From: Escherichia phage 348Ecol098PP
Direction: 5' to 3' (one strand)
DNA length: 64,000 nucleotides
Sequence record: OR062947.1
This document shows, piece by piece, positions 60,318 through 64,000 of the stretch. Each line of letters opens with the position of its first letter. Position 1 is the stretch's first letter. A program made the translations under genes and the position numbers. A model generated the notes under the pieces. That model worked only from the letters and a program-made list of their open reading frames with translations, made no database searches and had not been told where the DNA came from.

Positions 60318-61298
60318 ATGTTCAACGTTCAAATCAAAAAAGGTATCTATCGTAATAACGAAATCTCTGGTTCTTATGTTGCCACAAAGACCTGGTTCCC
60401 GGCAAAGCTTAATCCTGAATGTTCCCACTTAGGTGATGGTAAAATTTTCGTTATTATTGATGGTTCTGAACGTGGAGTATGGGTCTTCAAATCAGACATC
60501 GTAATGGAAGGAGTTGAGACATCACCAGTTGCAGTTGTTGAAAGCACTGAAGATATGAAAACTCGTATCAACAAACGCTTTAAAGTAATGAACATGATGA
60601 CGAATGGCATTATCGATGGCAAAATTCGTTCACTCATTATTTCAGGTGCAGCCGGTATTGGTAAGACGTATTCTCTGGATAAAGCACTTAATAATGCTAA
60701 TGATAATGGTTTCATCAAATACAAAAGCATTAATGGTAAAATCTCTGGTATTGGCCTTTACGAACAACTTTGGCTCAACCGTGATGCAGACAGCGTTCTC
60801 TTAATCGACGACGTTGACGTATTCTCAGATATGGACATCTTGAACCTTCTTAAAGCAGCATTAGATACAGGCGATAAACGCAAAGTTTGTTGGAGCACTG
60901 CGTCATCTTATCTCGAGGATAAGGGTATTGATAAAGAATTTGAGTTTGAAGGTACTATCGTTTTCATTACAAACGTTGATATAGATAAAGAGTTAGAACG
61001 GGGTTCGAAACTTGCTCCACACCTTCAAGCTTTAGTATCTCGTTCAGTGTATCTCGACCTTGGAGTACACTCTAATGAAGAGATTATGGTTCGAGTTGAA
61101 GATGTAATATTATCTACTGACATGATGCAGAAACGTGGTCTGACGGATGCAGAAACGTATAAAGCATTGTCCTGGATGAAGGCTAATGTATCTCGTCTTC
61201 GCAATGTATCATTACGTACCGCTCTTTATGTAGCAGATTTTATTTCAACTGATAAAGATGGTTGGGAGGAAATCTCTGAAGTAACTTTACTGAAATAA
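60318..61298 (+). CDS. AAA+/P-loop ATPase with N-terminal ~100 aa domain
   Basis: 326 aa from MFNVQIKKG; Walker A GAAGIGKT, Walker B VLLIDDVD, sensor-1-like FITN. Confidence 0.5.
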   Translation: MFNVQIKKGIYRNNEISGSYVATKTWFPAKLNPECSHLGDGKIFVIIDGSERGVWVFKSDIVMEGVETSPVAVVESTEDMKTRINKRFKVMNMMTNGIIDGKIRSLIISGAAGIGKTYSLDKALNNANDNGFIKYKSINGKISGIGLYEQLWLNRDADSVLLIDDVDVFSDMDILNLLKAALDTGDKRKVCWSTASSYLEDKGIDKEFEFEGTIVFITNVDIDKELERGSKLAPHLQALVSRSVYLDLGVHSNEEIMVRVEDVILSTDMMQKRGLTDAETYKALSWMKANVSRLRNVSLRTALYVADFISTDKDGWEEISEVTLLK

Positions 61299-61435
61299 GC
61301 TTATAGGAAGTTCTGAGGTAACAAAAGCCATAAAGATGAATAATCATATGGCTTACCTCAAAGAAGGACACCAGGAACCTACTGAGGGCATAGAAATATT
61401 TAAAATAATGATGTACAAATCAAAGAGGATATGTT

Positions 61436-61723
61436 ATGGATTTTATGCAAAAAATTAAAGCCGCAGTCGAACTGTATGCTCATCGTATGGTTAGTTCTAC
61501 GATGCAATATAGTGAGGAGGTTCGCCAGGACTCTTCCTTGAAAGGAAAAACTAAAGCCTTAATTACCTTAGATCGTTTGCAAAAGAATGCCATAGAGATG
61601 CTCCAGTACGACAAGGGTGTATATAAGAAAGAACAGGAAGAGAAACTTAAATCTGAAAAATTACAAAAAATCCCGAAGTCTGTTTGGTTCAGTGGAAAAA
61701 ATACCGAAAAAAGTTTCTTTTAG
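61436..61723 (+). CDS. Hypothetical protein
   Basis: 95 aa ORF. Confidence 0.4.
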   Translation: MDFMQKIKAAVELYAHRMVSSTMQYSEEVRQDSSLKGKTKALITLDRLQKNAIEMLQYDKGVYKKEQEEKLKSEKLQKIPKSVWFSGKNTEKSFF

Positions 61724-61725
61724 TT

Positions 61726-61760
61726 GTTTACAAGGTCTATGGTTATGTTATTATAGACCT
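61726..61760 (+). promoter_or_regulatory. Early promoter GTTTAC / TGTTATTAT with IR AGGTCTA / TAGACCT
   Basis: GTTTAC 61726-61731, TATTAT 61749-61754; IR 61733-61739 and 61754-61760. Confidence 0.5.
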
Positions 61761-61781
61761 ATCAACTACTGGAGGTAAAAC

Positions 61782-62309
61782 ATGAACGCTAAAGATATTT
61801 TCAACCTGGTAAATTATAACGACGGTAAATTTAAATCTGAAGCACAAAGCAAGTTCTTTAATGACGTTGCTTATGGTAACGAGATTACCGTGGACGGAGG
61901 TCAGATTTTCAAATCTCGCTGGAATTGGATTGTTATCATCGATTCAGTTGGAATTGTGGAAGTCTACAAAAACACTAACAAAAAACGTACATTATTCTGG
62001 TCTCGTGAAACTAACGAGCAGTACAAAAAGGATAAAGCATCTCGTTTATCCAAAGTAACCCAGGAAGATATCGACTTCATCAAGAAAGATATCGAGATGT
62101 ACGAAAATTTAATTGCTGAAGACCAGGCAGTACTCGATAAGTTTGATGAAATTAAAGCTTCTCGTGAAATCCCTGACTTCATGAAAGAAACAGTAAACGA
62201 ACGATACGCTCTCACTTCAGAACGTATTGCAAACTATACAAAACAGAAAGCAGAACGTATTAGTACTCTTCGGAAATTTGAAGAACGTTTAAAGACGGTT
62301 CACGCATAA
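61782..62309 (+). CDS. Hypothetical protein
   Basis: 175 aa ORF behind early promoter stem-loop. Confidence 0.45.
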   Translation: MNAKDIFNLVNYNDGKFKSEAQSKFFNDVAYGNEITVDGGQIFKSRWNWIVIIDSVGIVEVYKNTNKKRTLFWSRETNEQYKKDKASRLSKVTQEDIDFIKKDIEMYENLIAEDQAVLDKFDEIKASREIPDFMKETVNERYALTSERIANYTKQKAERISTLRKFEERLKTVHA

Positions 62310-62311
62310 AC

Positions 62312-62336
62312 GCTTTACCCAAGGACGGGTTATAAT
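62312..62336 (+). promoter_or_regulatory. MotA-box type middle promoter (cGCTTTA, 12 nt, TATAAT)
   Basis: GCTTTAC at 62312-62318 and TATAAT at 62331-62336; spacing too short for a -35/-10 sigma70 promoter. Confidence 0.4.
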
Positions 62337-62371
62337 GGTTTTGAGTTCCAATTCAATCTGAGGAAATAGTT

Positions 62372-63367
62372 ATGAGCATTACATCTGATGCGGTAAAACA
62401 TGAAATTAACGGTTTATGTGCTTCACAGATTAAAGTGTGGTTTAAAGACCATAACGATCGCAGAGCACTTAATTATGAACAAATTGCTATCCAAGTTCAT
62501 CAATTACTGGTTAGTAAATTTGATTTTCATATGCCGTCTGAAATCTATACTAATCTGCCGCGAGCACTTATTAAAGCGTGTAAAGGTTATGGAAAATCAA
62601 TGGCTGATGGAATCTTCAGCGCGCTGAATAAACTTAACGTTCTGTCGATGATTAACTCTAACAACATCCTGCGTAATCTAGGACGTACTGATTTGTTCGG
62701 CCGTGAACAGTGTAAAATGCCTTTGAAATGGATTGTTGCTCATCTTAACGAGAACCAAACACGTTTTATGGCCGTAACAGCACGCTTACAAATGGGCCTA
62801 GATCGTCAGATGAACTTTAAAACTCATCCACGTTATTCAGGTTCAACTGACTTTTATAAATGTGAGCTTCAAAAGGTTGCAGGTAAAACTGTCTTAGTAG
62901 TTCGTGTAACGTTTGAAGGACGACGTCAAGGATATTTTGACATAATCGGCTCCGGGCTTAAACATTGTGGATTTATCGACGAAGTTGATATCAAGCGAGA
63001 CGGCATTGGATACCGTATTGGATATGTTTGTACTCTTAAAGAAGAGATTTCAGGACCAGCACCAGGACTAAAAGACGTTAGATATAAAGACGAGCTCGTT
63101 GAAGAAATAAAAGAAGTTGAATATGATATCAACCAAGAAGATGCTCTTAAAGACCTTATTGATGAACCGAACCAAGACGTTATTCCTGTTCAGAAATTTG
63201 AATCAAAACATGCTGAGCAAATCAAATACTTTGAAGCTTTGATTAACGAACTTAATGTAACTATTCAACAGACTGACGATGAAATCTCACGATTAGCAGG
63301 TTTAAACGGTAAAAATAAAACAGAACGAGCTAATCTTATTCAGGTAGTAAAACTTCTTAAGGAATGA
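62372..63367 (+). CDS. Hypothetical protein (331 aa)
   Basis: Long ORF behind MotA-box type promoter. Confidence 0.45.
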   Translation: MSITSDAVKHEINGLCASQIKVWFKDHNDRRALNYEQIAIQVHQLLVSKFDFHMPSEIYTNLPRALIKACKGYGKSMADGIFSALNKLNVLSMINSNNILRNLGRTDLFGREQCKMPLKWIVAHLNENQTRFMAVTARLQMGLDRQMNFKTHPRYSGSTDFYKCELQKVAGKTVLVVRVTFEGRRQGYFDIIGSGLKHCGFIDEVDIKRDGIGYRIGYVCTLKEEISGPAPGLKDVRYKDELVEEIKEVEYDINQEDALKDLIDEPNQDVIPVQKFESKHAEQIKYFEALINELNVTIQQTDDEISRLAGLNGKNKTERANLIQVVKLLKE

Positions 63368-63396
63368 TGTACAACCAAGGATGGTTGGAGTATAAT
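63368..63396 (+). promoter_or_regulatory. Promoter TGTACA / TATAAT (17-nt spacer)
   Basis: TGTACA 63368-63373, TATAAT 63391-63396. Confidence 0.5.
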
Positions 63397-63422
63397 AAAT
63401 TTTTCAACATGAGGAATATAAA

Positions 63423-64000
63423 ATGGCTTTTATTACACGTAGAGAACTTATCAAAGAATTTACCTCGAACGCATATACTCCAGGACCTAATCCTATCCGT
63501 ATGCCTGTAAAGACTCCTGAAGAGATTGAGGAAATCTGTTCATATTATGGGATTACTTCTCGTAAGTTTACTCAATTTGAATGCGTTACTAACACACCCG
63601 TTAAAGAGTTCATTAAAAATGGCGAGTTCAGCCGTTTATTGGCCAAACAGAAACTTCGTAATTTTTGTATTGGCGGTGAAGGACAATATTTCGCTAAGCA
63701 GTTCCGGAATAACCTTAACAATCTGATGGCCATTGCTTCTCGTATTCGTCCTCAAGCAATTAACATGAAACATTTGAAATATACTTACGATAAGTTGGAA
63801 ATCATGGTTATCAGTGAGAACGAGTTCACTCTCACGTATAAACCTAAGAATGATAACGTTGCTCGTGTATTCCACCAAGCGTTGGAAGTTTTAGGTGATA
63901 ATATTCACCAGATTAAAGCAATTTATTCTCGTGAGCTTAATATTATCGACCCTATCAAGAATAAGGGCCATATCGCTATCCAAGCTCGTGTATCTATTGG
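63423..64000 (+). CDS. Hypothetical protein, 3' end beyond window
   Basis: Open frame from ATG 63423 (MAFITRRELIKEF...) to window end; SD GAGGAA. Confidence 0.45.
   Translation, partial: MAFITRRELIKEFTSNAYTPGPNPIRMPVKTPEEIEEICSYYGITSRKFTQFECVTNTPVKEFIKNGEFSRLLAKQKLRNFCIGGEGQYFAKQFRNNLNNLMAIASRIRPQAINMKHLKYTYDKLEIMVISENEFTLTYKPKNDNVARVFHQALEVLGDNIHQIKAIYSRELNIIDPIKNKGHIAIQARVSI

Overview
This window is a contiguous segment of a T4-like (Tevenvirinae-type) myovirus genome. Positions 1-35314 are the late structural module, on the minus strand and collinear with T4: uvsW (partial), then genes 24, 23, 22, 21, 68, 67, 20, 19, 18, 17, 16, 15, 14, 13, wac, 12, 11, 10, 9, 8, 7, 6, 5.4, 5.1, 5 and 53, with TATAAATA late promoters and hairpin terminators. 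The plus-strand inh, hoc and rnlB genes are embedded near gene 24. Positions 35376-64000 are plus-strand: genes 4, 2, 3, 1, 57A and 57B (Acb1), followed by a hyperplastic early region containing two tRNAs, a tRNA-like RNA region, nudE, e (lysozyme), denV, regB, a GrcA-like gene, a macro-domain gene, tk, rI and about 45 small ORFs of unknown function. The most interesting signals are: (1) seven genes carrying the T4 internal-protein capsid-targeting leader MKTYQEFIAE, i.e. a diversified set of predicted virion-injected proteins; (2) about 20 early promoters, many embedded in inverted repeats that pair the -35/-10 spacer with the downstream Shine-Dalgarno, including one 46-bp cassette duplicated exactly at two loci; (3) a conserved C-terminal tail (ENFIKECR-type) on five otherwise unrelated ORFs, three of them small membrane proteins; (4) a tandem triplet of small proteins ending GWVSSSxxC; (5) candidate accessory enzymes (nucleotidyltransferase-fold protein, AAA+ ATPase, macro domain, secreted lytic transglycosylase, PspA-like coiled coil). 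All identifications rest on reading the translations, motifs and synteny against remembered T4 biology; no database search was run, and T4 ortholog names for small ORFs are positional guesses.
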